Assembly: GCA_034414575.1 (NCBI GenBank)
Contig: DAOULZ010000011.1
Span: 14,318 to 78,317 of the forward strand
Direction: 5' to 3'
From: Dehalococcoidales bacterium
GTDB lineage: Bacteria > Chloroflexota > Dehalococcoidia > Dehalococcoidales > UBA5760
Length of the DNA: 64,000 nucleotides
Shown: positions 1-8,242 of the stretch, one piece after another
Numbering within the stretch: position 1 is the stretch's first letter
Layout of the letters: the number at the start of each line of letters is the position of its first letter
Notes under the pieces: model-generated
What the model was told of the DNA's origin: nothing
Seen by the model: only the letters and a program-made list of their open reading frames with translations
The model's database searches: none
Position numbers and translations under genes: made by a program

Positions 1-2583
1 GCCCACAATTTTAGTGGGTGCTGTTAGATAGTAAAAATGGATCCCCTCTTCCTCAGCAGCCTCGATCTCTTCGGCTATAGCGGGCATATCCTTCTTCTCA
101 CGTCTATAGAAGATACTCACTTCCTCGGCGCCCTTTCTCAGAGCCACCCTGGCGGAGTCAATCGCCGAATTGCCACCACCAATAATGGCCACCTTCCTGC
201 CAACCTCTACTTCCCCACCCAAATTGACCTCTCTTAGAAATTCGATAGCGTCATAGACTCCGCCAAGGTCCTCGCCGGGAATGCTTGCCTTTGTCCCCTT
301 GTGGGCACCGGTGGCAATGAACACTGCTTTATAGCCATCCTTCATTAGTGACTCAACATCACCAATATATGTATTTAGCTTTATCTCTACCCCAAGATCC
401 TCAACCTCTTGGATTTCCTTGTTCAGGATATCTTTAGGTAGGCGATACTCAGGGATGGCCACCGCTAGCATGCCTCCAGCTACCGGGAGCGCCTCAAATA
501 TAGTAACTTGGTATCCCTCTAAGGCCAGGTCCCAGGCGGCTGACAGTCCGGCGGGGCCAGCCCCGATGATGGCTACCTTTTCCTCTCTCCTGTTCTTTAT
601 CTTGGGAGTGTATCTAATCCCTGAATTAAAGGCGTAATCAGCAGCGAATCTCCTCAAATTCCTGATGGCTATTGGCTCATCAATCTGGGCTCGATTGCAC
701 TTGAATTCGCAGGGGTGGTTACATACCCGACCGCATATAGCCGGTAGGGGATTACGTTGTTTAATTAAACAGTAAGCCTCAGCAAACTTACCATCTTTAA
801 TCAGACTGACATAACCGGGGATATCCAGTTCTACAGGGCAGGTATGCTGACAGGGAGCCCTAAACAGGTCCTGGCAAACACTAGCCGGGCATTTTTTGTC
901 TATGATGTGAGCCTCATACTCCTCGCGGAAGTGTCGTAACGTGGTTAAGACTGGGTTGGGACTTGTTTGTCCTAGGCCACAGAGAGAAGTGGAGGCGACC
1001 ATCTCAGCCAGTTCTTCCAGCGTATCCAAGTCTTCCATTTCCGCTTCACCCCGGCTGATCTTGCTTAGAATCTGCAGCATCTCGGGAATCCCGGCCCGGC
1101 AGGGGGTGCATTTACCACAGGACTCGTCCCTGGTGAATTGGAGGAAAAACTTGGCTACATCAACCATACAGCTATCCTCATCCATGACAACGAGCCCGCC
1201 GGAGCCCATAATTGCCCCTAGAGCAGTAACAGCTTCATAATCGACGGGAGTATTGAGATGCCCTATAGGGATAACACCACCGGATGGTCCCCCTATCTGG
1301 ACTGCTTTAAATTTCTTTCCGTTGGGTATCCCTCCGCCGATATCGAATACGATCTTCCCCACCGGCGTTCCCAGGGGGATCTCAACTAGCCCGGTATTAT
1401 TCACCTTACCTACTAGGCTGAAGGTTTTTGTCCCCTTACTTTTTTCAGTGCCAACGTTAGCAAACCAGTCAGCTCCCCTCAAAATAATTTGAGAGACATC
1501 TGACCACGTTTCTACGTTGTTGATGGCAGTGGGCTTGCCAAAGAGCCCTCCGCCGACATTTGCCGGGAAGGGGGGTCTCTGCCTAGGATTCCCCCTCTTC
1601 CCCTCAATGGAGCGCAAGAGAGCAGTTTCTTCTCCGCAGACGAAGGCGCCGGCACCGGGGAATATATCAATGGAGAACTCGAAGTTTGTGCCTAGTATAT
1701 TCTTGCCTAGAAGACCATATTCATGAGCTCGAGCAATGGCATGACTTAGAGTCTCAATGGCCAGAGGATATTCGGCTCTAACATAGGCATAACCTTGACG
1801 AACATTACCTATAGCATAGGCGCCGATGGCCATCCCTTCGATTACAGAGTGGGGATTACCTTCAAGAATAGAGCGGTTCATATAGGCACCGGGGTCGCCT
1901 TCGTCACCATTGCAAACTACATATTTTTCATCGGTTTGTGCGCTACGCACAAACCCCCACTTTACCGCGGTAGGGAACCCGGCCCCTCCCCGCCCTCGTA
2001 GCCCCGCCTTCTTAATCTCGTCAATGACTTCCTCAGGCTTCATCTCATGCAAGACCTTGGCCAGGGCTTGATAACCATCTCGGGCAATGTATTCATCAAT
2101 ATTCCAGGGATCGATGAAGCCATTATTACGGAGTACCCTCCTCTCCTGTTCCAAATAGAAACTGATCTCACCATATGTTGGGATTGGTTTTCCGGTTACC
2201 GAATCATGGTAAACAAGCCTTTCCACTATTTCGCCTTTTACTAGGTGCTTCTGTATAATCTCCTCTACATCCTCCTCTTTGACCATGGTATAGAGGATAT
2301 CTCCGGGGTTGATTATAACTATAGGTCCCATCTCGCAGAGACCATGACACCCTGTTAATACGATCTTGACCCTTTTCTCCAGTCCATTTCCCTCAATAGC
2401 CTGTTCGAAGGCCTTGGTTAGCTGCCCTGACCCAGATGCCGCGCAGCCGCTCCCTCGGCAAACTCGGATGTTGATTTCAGGTACAGTTTTGATCTTGGTG
2501 AAGTCTTTATCTTCACGCACAGCAAAGCGCGGTTCTATAGTCACTTTTAACCCTTTCAGATCTTCTACAGAGGAGATTCGCAT
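1..2583 (-). CDS. NuoF-like NADH/FMN flavoprotein fused to a GltD/NfnB-like FAD-NAD(P) oxidoreductase; partial, 3' end runs off the left edge
   Basis: Absent from the ORF track because there is no stop inside the window. My translation from the ATG at 2583 (reverse complement) stays open to position 1. It reads MRISSVEDLKGL..., then GLRGRGGAGFPT, CNGDEGDPGAY and ESCGKCTPCR (NuoF FMN/NADH/4Fe-4S motifs). Cys clusters follow, then VAIIGAGPAGLSAA and VAIIGGGNSAIDSAR (GltD-type dinucleotide folds). The + strand ORFs at 37..2629 are antisense shadows of this gene. Confidence 0.85.
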   Translation of the reverse strand, partial: MRISSVEDLKGLKVTIEPRFAVREDKDFTKIKTVPEINIRVCRGSGCAASGSGQLTKAFEQAIEGNGLEKRVKIVLTGCHGLCEMGPIVIINPGDILYTMVKEEDVEEIIQKHLVKGEIVERLVYHDSVTGKPIPTYGEISFYLEQERRVLRNNGFIDPWNIDEYIARDGYQALAKVLHEMKPEEVIDEIKKAGLRGRGGAGFPTAVKWGFVRSAQTDEKYVVCNGDEGDPGAYMNRSILEGNPHSVIEGMAIGAYAIGNVRQGYAYVRAEYPLAIETLSHAIARAHEYGLLGKNILGTNFEFSIDIFPGAGAFVCGEETALLRSIEGKRGNPRQRPPFPANVGGGLFGKPTAINNVETWSDVSQIILRGADWFANVGTEKSKGTKTFSLVGKVNNTGLVEIPLGTPVGKIVFDIGGGIPNGKKFKAVQIGGPSGGVIPIGHLNTPVDYEAVTALGAIMGSGGLVVMDEDSCMVDVAKFFLQFTRDESCGKCTPCRAGIPEMLQILSKISRGEAEMEDLDTLEELAEMVASTSLCGLGQTSPNPVLTTLRHFREEYEAHIIDKKCPASVCQDLFRAPCQHTCPVELDIPGYVSLIKDGKFAEAYCLIKQRNPLPAICGRVCNHPCEFKCNRAQIDEPIAIRNLRRFAADYAFNSGIRYTPKIKNRREEKVAIIGAGPAGLSAAWDLALEGYQVTIFEALPVAGGMLAVAIPEYRLPKDILNKEIQEVEDLGVEIKLNTYIGDVESLMKDGYKAVFIATGAHKGTKASIPGEDLGGVYDAIEFLREVNLGGEVEVGRKVAIIGGGNSAIDSARVALRKGAEEVSIFYRREKKDMPAIAEEIEAAEEEGIHFYYLTAPTKIVG

Positions 2584-2599
2584 CGTCTTCTACTCCTTC

Positions 2600-3109
2600 C
2601 TAGTGATAAGAATTCAGGACATCATTTAGCTGGCTGGGTTTGACCTTTCTATGCACGTCTTTACCAATTGCTATCACTGGGGATAGACCACAGCAGCCTA
2701 GGCAGCGGACAGTTTCCAGAGAAAATCTACCATCAGGAGTAATTCCCTCGGGCTCTAGCCCCTCCTCTTTCTTCAGCGCATCCAGAATCCTCTGTCCTCC
2801 CTTAACGTAGCAGCTGGTACCCATGCATACTTGGATAATATGCTTACCCTTGGGCACTAAAGAAAAGAAGTGATAGAAACTGATAATTCCATATACCTCA
2901 CTAATAGGGACTCTTAAATCTCTGGATATGGTCTTTATTACCGGTATTGGGAGATAGCCAAATATACTTTGTGCTCGATACAGCACTGGAATAAGAGCGC
3001 CAGCTTGTCCCCTAGCCTTATCAATCACCTCTTGAATTTCTTTGAAGATGCTCCCAGCATCTCTCATCCCTGCTGACTCCTGGTACCTTTCATGCTCAGT
3101 TGCCGCCAT
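2600..3109 (-). CDS. nuoE: NuoE/HoxE-like thioredoxin-fold [2Fe-2S] subunit
   Basis: 169-aa ORF with the Cys pattern CMGTSC ... CLGCCGLSP typical of the 24-kDa/NuoE family. AGGAGG lies 6 nt upstream of the ATG. Its stop is 16 nt before the NuoF-like start on the same strand. Confidence 0.85.
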   Translation of the reverse strand: MAATEHERYQESAGMRDAGSIFKEIQEVIDKARGQAGALIPVLYRAQSIFGYLPIPVIKTISRDLRVPISEVYGIISFYHFFSLVPKGKHIIQVCMGTSCYVKGGQRILDALKKEEGLEPEGITPDGRFSLETVRCLGCCGLSPVIAIGKDVHRKVKPSQLNDVLNSYH

Positions 3110-3204
3110 CTTATACCTCCTGATAGGGTGGTGAGGAATATGTAATAATATTTACTGGCTGGCTTGGGCAGGCTGCAGTTTTGCATTGTGCCTTGACACA
3201 CAGA

Positions 3205-3239
3205 GAGGGTATATATAGCCGCTGGCTTTATATACCCTC
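3205..3239. promoter_or_regulatory. perfect 11-bp inverted repeat GAGGGTATATA-N13-TATATACCCTC
   Basis: Read directly: 3205-3215 is the exact reverse complement of 3229-3239. It lies ~60 nt past the stop at 3302 and ~95 nt upstream of the nuoE ATG on the - strand. No U-tract follows, so terminator versus operator is unresolved. Confidence 0.4.
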
Positions 3240-3301
3240 GAATAGATATCTTTACACATCCCGGCGTAACCCACGGTTGCCTAACCTTTCTGCCTTGCTT
3301 T

Positions 3302-4255
3302 TCAGGTTATCTTCTCTTCTACTCTCAGGGGATGGTTGAATCCCTTACCGCTAAGCTTTATTTCTATTGGTTCGTTGTTACCCCACCTCATATAAACTCG
3401 GCATACCCGGCAGATATCAGTGTTATCGCCTTTTTGCCCACCTTCATGAAGCTTGGTGTAGGTACCCTCAATCTGCCAGCAGGGCAGATCCTGATGTTTA
3501 AACGCGGGACACTCGTTTCTTATCGCTTCAGGGCAACGTAACGTCTCCCAGCAAGGTGTCTTACCCTCCCAAAAGCCTGGAGCTGGCTCCGCGATCACCT
3601 TCCCCTTCACCTCATTAATAGCCTTTTCTATCTCGCTCAGCTCATCAAGAGTATTAATACCCTTTAGGATCTCTTCTAACTGTTCCGCTAAATTGCTCTT
3701 TGGTATCTTCACGGCTTGAACTCTAGGCAACACTTCTACCTCGTCATAGTGGAAGCCGTAGACCTTGCCTTTACGCTCACCAGATGTTATCTTTACCCAC
3801 AGAGGATAGGTGGCATGTCTATCGAACTCCTGAATCTGCATATCGACTATCTCTGCTTCCACGCCCACCACTTCGGGTAATGAATCGCATTTCTTGATCT
3901 TAACAGTCCCACCTAATCTCATAGTCTTTAACATTTCTTCTAGTTGTTCCACTGCCTTTATCTTATCCGTTCCCTCCCCACCAGTTTCTGGTGGTACTTC
4001 TATCTCATCATAGTGGAAGCCGTAAATCTTGCCTTTGCGCTCACCAGTTATCATCTTCACCCACACCGGATAGGTGGCGTATTCGTCGAACTCCTGAATC
4101 TGCATATCGACTATCTCCGCCTGCTCACCTACCACCTCGGGTAGGTGAGGGCATCTGTTAATTTTAACCGTCGCCCCTATCCTTAATGCTCTTTCCTCTC
4201 CAGTAGTTACACCTTTTAGGACCTCCTCTAATTGCTTCTTTACTTTTATCTTCAT
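3302..4255 (-). CDS. tandem-repeat protein with a C-terminal Cys-rich module (two P-C-W motifs plus CxxC)
   Basis: The ORF track gives 3302..4306. I prefer the internal ATG at 4255 (MKIKVKK...) because GGAGGGG sits just upstream. There are two ~88-aa repeats (LPEVVG.EAEIVDMQIQEFD..ATYP.WVK..GERKGK.YGFHYDE.EV). The tail reads GFWEGKTPCWETLRCPEAIRNECPAFKHQDLPCWQIEG...DICRVCRVYMRWG. Confidence 0.7.
   Translation of the reverse strand: MKIKVKKQLEEVLKGVTTGEERALRIGATVKINRCPHLPEVVGEQAEIVDMQIQEFDEYATYPVWVKMITGERKGKIYGFHYDEIEVPPETGGEGTDKIKAVEQLEEMLKTMRLGGTVKIKKCDSLPEVVGVEAEIVDMQIQEFDRHATYPLWVKITSGERKGKVYGFHYDEVEVLPRVQAVKIPKSNLAEQLEEILKGINTLDELSEIEKAINEVKGKVIAEPAPGFWEGKTPCWETLRCPEAIRNECPAFKHQDLPCWQIEGTYTKLHEGGQKGDNTDICRVCRVYMRWGNNEPIEIKLSGKGFNHPLRVEEKIT
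3715..4250 (-). repeat. intragenic tandem duplication, period 264 nt (88 codons)
   Basis: The string catagtggaagccgta occurs at 3745 and 4009. The flanking ~180 nt align by eye at roughly 80 percent identity (e.g. gaactcctgaatctgcatatcgactatctc in both copies). Confidence 0.8.
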
Positions 4256-4831
4256 TGTCTTCCCCTCCTTTCTGGTTATTGCTTGTTCCGTTCTCCTCGT
4301 CTTCATTGTTCTCTCCCCCTTTCTCCAGCGCTACCTAGTTCGCCTCCACTCTTGCTACTACCTCCTTCTCTACTTCCATTTAATAACGTAATGAATCCAC
4401 TGCCATCCGCCTCGGTGCCTATTTTGGGTGTGCGTTGATGCATACAATTTCTCTGTTGGGTAGGTATTTTTGCCTAATCATCTCAACCTGTGTATCTTTC
4501 TGGCTTTAATAAAGAATTGCTCGGCTAGTAAGGCCTAAGCCTCAACCCCGTCCATTGCTTCACTCATCTTGACGGCATAACTCATCTTCTTTCAGCCACA
4601 GAAGAGTATTACCCCTGCGCACTGGGGAGACCACCCTAAAGATCAAAGAGCGGGGTCTCCCTGCTCTCCTACGGTGTCTCTGTTTTGAATTCGAGCGTTC
4701 TAGCCTCCTGCCGTCGTTTTGTCGATATTATCCTCTTCGTTCTGCGCCTGTGGTAGAGTGAGTCTTCAGAAGTTATCTTTTATGCGGGCTTGAGGCTGTG
4801 ATATGCTACTGGGTAGTGAATCTGTGGGGGT

Positions 4832-5266
4832 CTAGCTCTTCCCGTCCTGGCTACTGCTGACGGACAAGCTCTCAGGCTCGGCCACGCTGCCTGGCGGGAT
4901 ACCGCCCTCATCCCACCCCCGTTTTTGGTAGTACAGGGAAAGGAGCCTTTGAAAATCACTCCTATCGATTACCTTACCTGCATTGGGGCCGGTGAGTGGG
5001 GGATTTGCCCAAACCTTGTAGGGAAGGCTATCATCCTTACGGCTGATGCCCAGTCGGGTATTCATAAGACGGGTTAGGTCATAGATGTCGTTGGAAAGCT
5101 CTAGGAGTTGCTCGAGAGTTAACTCCCTACCCGTGACATAATTATAGAACTTTTCGTAGTGGAGCTCATTTAACCCCAGTTCAATCCAGGGGAGTCGGCA
5201 GACACCGAGCATATCAAATAGCAGGTATAATTTCTGATGATAGGTGACGATGCTCTGGAATAACCG
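4832..5266 (-). pseudogene. C-terminal remnant of an aldehyde:ferredoxin oxidoreductase (AOR family)
   Basis: The 126-aa ORF (4832..5212) plus the open frame up to the TAA at 5267-5269 reads ...TYHQKLYLLFDMLGVCRLPW...VTGRELTLEQLLELSNDIYDLTRLMNTRLGISRKDDSLPYKV...LLSLYYQKRGWDEGGIP. This matches the last ~140 residues of ~600-aa AOR enzymes. No N-terminal 450 aa is present upstream. Confidence 0.65.
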
Positions 5267-5317
5267 TTAGCTTCCTCGACACTTAATCCCCCCCCCAAGA
5301 CCGTTCAAAGTATTATA

Positions 5318-6214
5318 TCACGTTCCCTCTATGGTCATTTCGGCTGGTGCTGGGCTTGCCTTATCATAGATTTTCAGATAGCAGGAAAATGGTTTTCTGG
5401 AGAAATCCACCTTCCAGCCCCTCTCTTTCTTGGCTAATAATTCCCCTTTGGAAAAGTCCTTGAGAAAACTGAAGACCGCTCCGTTCATTACTGCCGGAAA
5501 ACGCCACACGAAAAGGCTGGTCATAATAACCGTGGGTAAGCTAAATAAATCATCCAACTCCACCACTTTTGGTGCCAGATGGATAGCGAGTTTGTCTAGC
5601 TGTCTGCCTTCTTCAAGCGTCAAGTGATGCCGCAGTCGAGTGTGATAAACAAGGTCAAAGGAGCCTTCGGCAAGCTCTTTTAGGTCGAAAGCATCGGCTT
5701 TCAAAAACACCAACAGTAATTTCTGAAAAGCCGCCTCGGCCTTAAGCTGGTTCAGGTCATCATTTCCCAAGTGAGAAGCGGCTTTTATCTGGACCAGCCC
5801 CCTAGCGGTGAGATTACTGAACTTCGAGGTGGTAACCTCAAGACTGGCCGGGGAGTAATCAACGCCGATAAAGATTAGCGGAAAGTCGAAGCGCTTTCTG
5901 ATAAGTTTATAGATAATCTGCCTTTCTAGTTCCATACCCCCACAGCCGATACTGGCGACTATGATAGGCTCTTTCTTAACTTTCTTCAGTCTCTCTAATT
6001 CCCGGATAATCTGTTCCCTGATGGGAACTAGAACTCGCATCCATACCTCAAACCAGGAGAGCGTTTCCAGAACCATCTTTTGCCATTTGGGAAAGGGTAG
6101 GTCTATGATCTCAACGATCTTGGTCCGGTTTCTCCTGAGTTTTGGTGCCCTGAAGATTAACCACCACAAATAACCGAAGGGAGACCGAATTGCCCTGAAG
6201 AACTCGATATTCAT
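5318..6214 (-). CDS. hypothetical protein, possible class I SAM-methyltransferase fold
   Basis: 298-aa ORF. VASIGCGGMELE and IFIGVDYS loosely resemble methyltransferase motifs I and II. I recognise no clear family. Confidence 0.45.
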   Translation of the reverse strand: MNIEFFRAIRSPFGYLWWLIFRAPKLRRNRTKIVEIIDLPFPKWQKMVLETLSWFEVWMRVLVPIREQIIRELERLKKVKKEPIIVASIGCGGMELERQIIYKLIRKRFDFPLIFIGVDYSPASLEVTTSKFSNLTARGLVQIKAASHLGNDDLNQLKAEAAFQKLLLVFLKADAFDLKELAEGSFDLVYHTRLRHHLTLEEGRQLDKLAIHLAPKVVELDDLFSLPTVIMTSLFVWRFPAVMNGAVFSFLKDFSKGELLAKKERGWKVDFSRKPFSCYLKIYDKASPAPAEMTIEGT

Positions 6215-6427
6215 TTTGGTCGCCTCACGGTAATTCGGGTGCGACTCTAGTGATTTCAGGTCGGCTAGGATTTCTTTGATTTCGGCCCGTCGCTTGTGGG
6301 TTCTCTTATAGGGAACGAGGTAGGTAAGGGCAGCTAGGGAGCCCAGTATGGCCGCTACGACAATCGCGATTACTATTTTCTTATCCCTCTCCTGTAGAAT
6401 CTCAGTCTCTGCATTTTCCTCGGCACC

Positions 6428-6658
6428 CTATTTTAACTCCTTCATGATTTTGGCAAACTCCTCTGGATTAGCTATTGAGGTCGCGGGTAGGTTCTCCCTG
6501 TTATCTAGTGCGGTGTAGAGCTCATCCATGTTTACCTCTGGCTCTAGGTACTGCTTGCCATCCATAATAATTGGACAGGGAATTACGGTAAAACCGTATT
6601 TCTCTGCTGTTTTGGGTAATACGGTTCCGCCATCACAACTAATGGCAACCCTTTTCAT
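6428..6658 (-). pseudogene. DegV-family N-terminal fragment (76 codons)
   Basis: MKRVAISCDGGTVLPKTAEKYGFTVIPCPIIMDGKQYLEPEVNMDELY...PATS aligns with the first ~75 residues of the two full DegV genes nearby, then stops at TAG. Confidence 0.5.
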
Positions 6659-6805
6659 ATTAAACCTCCTTTTATATAATTTCAGTCCTGAAGATACTCA
6701 AGCTGCTTGGAAAGCAGAAATGGTCTTTGCAGTAATGTTGGTATTGCTTAATACCCCAAATTATACACCAACCATCTATCTATGACGCTGGCTATAAAGA
6801 GTTAG

Positions 6806-7678
6806 TCACTCCTCAGCCCACCAGCAAAAATCGCGGGTTCCCAAACCAACGTGAGTCGTTACCAGTGGTCCTATATCAGTGATAAAGACTTCTTGACACT
6901 GGAAATTGGCCAAGACCTTTTCTTTCAGTTCCTCGGCTTCCGCCAGCGCATCAGCGTGATCTATCGACACGTGCAGTTTCCGGCCACCGCTTCGCTGTTT
7001 CACCTCATCAAACAGGGTCTTTAATAACTCGCCTTTGGTCCGGCACCTGGCTAGAGGCGACATTACTCCGTCAGTCCCCGCGTCCATATGCAAAAGTACC
7101 GAGTTCGTTATTTTGGAAGCTGCCCAGGGGCGAGCCCGATGTATCCGGCCTCCCTTGGCCAGATAGTAAAGGTCGTCCACAAGGGTAATGAAATTAACCT
7201 TTTTCGTCATGTTACGGGCAACCTCAACTACCTCGGGAAAACTCTTGCCGGCGGCGGCAGCCCTGGCAGTCTCCAAAGTGACCAGCATCTGGGCGCCACA
7301 GGCACTCTGAGAATCAACCACTTCTATGGCGGTTTGGGGCAGCTCGTCTTGGACCAGCGCCTTGGCTTGTGAGGCAGCGCTTACGGCCATGCCAAGCTTG
7401 GCGCTGTAGGCAATGTATACAATGCCATCAGTCTGCTGGCTCAGTTTGCGGTAAGCTCCCAGAAAGTCATCTATAGACGGGGACGAAGTCGTCGGAAGTC
7501 TGTCTGCCTCCTTCCATTTAGGCAGTTGCTCATAAAACCAGGCAAGGTCCATCTCATTCTCACGATGCGATTTACCATCTACAATAACATAGGTTGGTAT
7601 GATGGTGATATCGTTTTCCTTAGCGACCTGTTCTGGCATATAACTTACAGTATCAGTCATGACGGCCACTTTTTTCAT
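6806..7678 (-). CDS. DegV family fatty-acid-binding protein
   Basis: 290 aa. MKKVAVMTDTVSYMP..., IIPTYVIVDGKSHRE, PTTSSPS and LAKGGRI match the typical DegV layout. Confidence 0.8.
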   Translation of the reverse strand: MKKVAVMTDTVSYMPEQVAKENDITIIPTYVIVDGKSHRENEMDLAWFYEQLPKWKEADRLPTTSSPSIDDFLGAYRKLSQQTDGIVYIAYSAKLGMAVSAASQAKALVQDELPQTAIEVVDSQSACGAQMLVTLETARAAAAGKSFPEVVEVARNMTKKVNFITLVDDLYYLAKGGRIHRARPWAASKITNSVLLHMDAGTDGVMSPLARCRTKGELLKTLFDEVKQRSGGRKLHVSIDHADALAEAEELKEKVLANFQCQEVFITDIGPLVTTHVGLGTRDFCWWAEE

Positions 7679-7875
7679 CGGCTGGCTCTCCTTTTCGGTA
7701 TGTATACTGTAGATAATACCCGAAGTATACCTATCGGGTCAACACTTTGCTTTTAGCTATCATTGAGGTGCCAGAGTAGGCAATATTGACCGATTGAGCC
7801 TGTTGACAGGGGGGTGTCTACCTAGTATAGTATATCTTGTTGTATTTTTTGTAGACCCTTTCAAAGGATGGGCAA

Positions 7876-8226
7876 GTGGACGATCCGATTGTTTATAGTC
7901 TAAAGGTTAACCGAGAGCAGCTTGAGTGTGCCAAAAGATTTCTTGCCCGGCAGGGTGAGCTACTTCAGGATAGCCTGCGTGACCTTATTGAGGCTGCCGC
8001 TGATTGTGAACAGTGCCTTGAACTGCATGAGGAGGAAGCCTCCATTACCGAACTGCAGAGTGCCCTCGCTACCCTGCTTGCCAAATGTAAGGATGCTTGG
8101 CATCTGAACAGCCTTCTTCAGGAGGCCCTGATGAGGATGGCGAAGAGAAGCAGGGTGCCTCTGGAGTTTGTGGCTAATGTACTGGGGGAGGCACGGCGAA
8201 CCAGACCAGCGACGCGTCGGGTATAG
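7876..8226 (+). CDS. hypothetical protein
   Basis: 116-aa ORF (GTG start) between the two divergent DegV genes. Predicted helical, with no motif I recognise. Confidence 0.4.
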   Translation: MDDPIVYSLKVNREQLECAKRFLARQGELLQDSLRDLIEAAADCEQCLELHEEEASITELQSALATLLAKCKDAWHLNSLLQEALMRMAKRSRVPLEFVANVLGEARRTRPATRRV

Positions 8227-8242
8227 TCGCTAGGGCAACCGG

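Noticed and set aside
37-2629. Ten + strand ORFs of 65-99 codons listed in the track across the first 2.6 kb.
   Set aside because: They lie antisense to a continuous 861-codon - strand frame with unmistakable NuoF and GltD motifs. Their translations are low-complexity P/S/L-rich strings typical of shadow ORFs.
5288-5296. C9 homopolymer considered as a phase-variation switch.
   Set aside because: It lies in a non-coding spacer next to a gene remnant, not inside or just upstream of an intact gene start. It is noted only as a possible scar or assembly-sensitive site.
6215-6430. Possible TAG read-through (e.g. pyrrolysine) joining the DegV stub to the downstream in-frame ORF.
   Set aside because: Sharing a frame has a 1-in-3 chance per junction. 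No pyl genes or methylamine methyltransferase context are present. A DegV N-terminal third fused to an unrelated TM protein makes no structural sense. Truncation is the simpler explanation.
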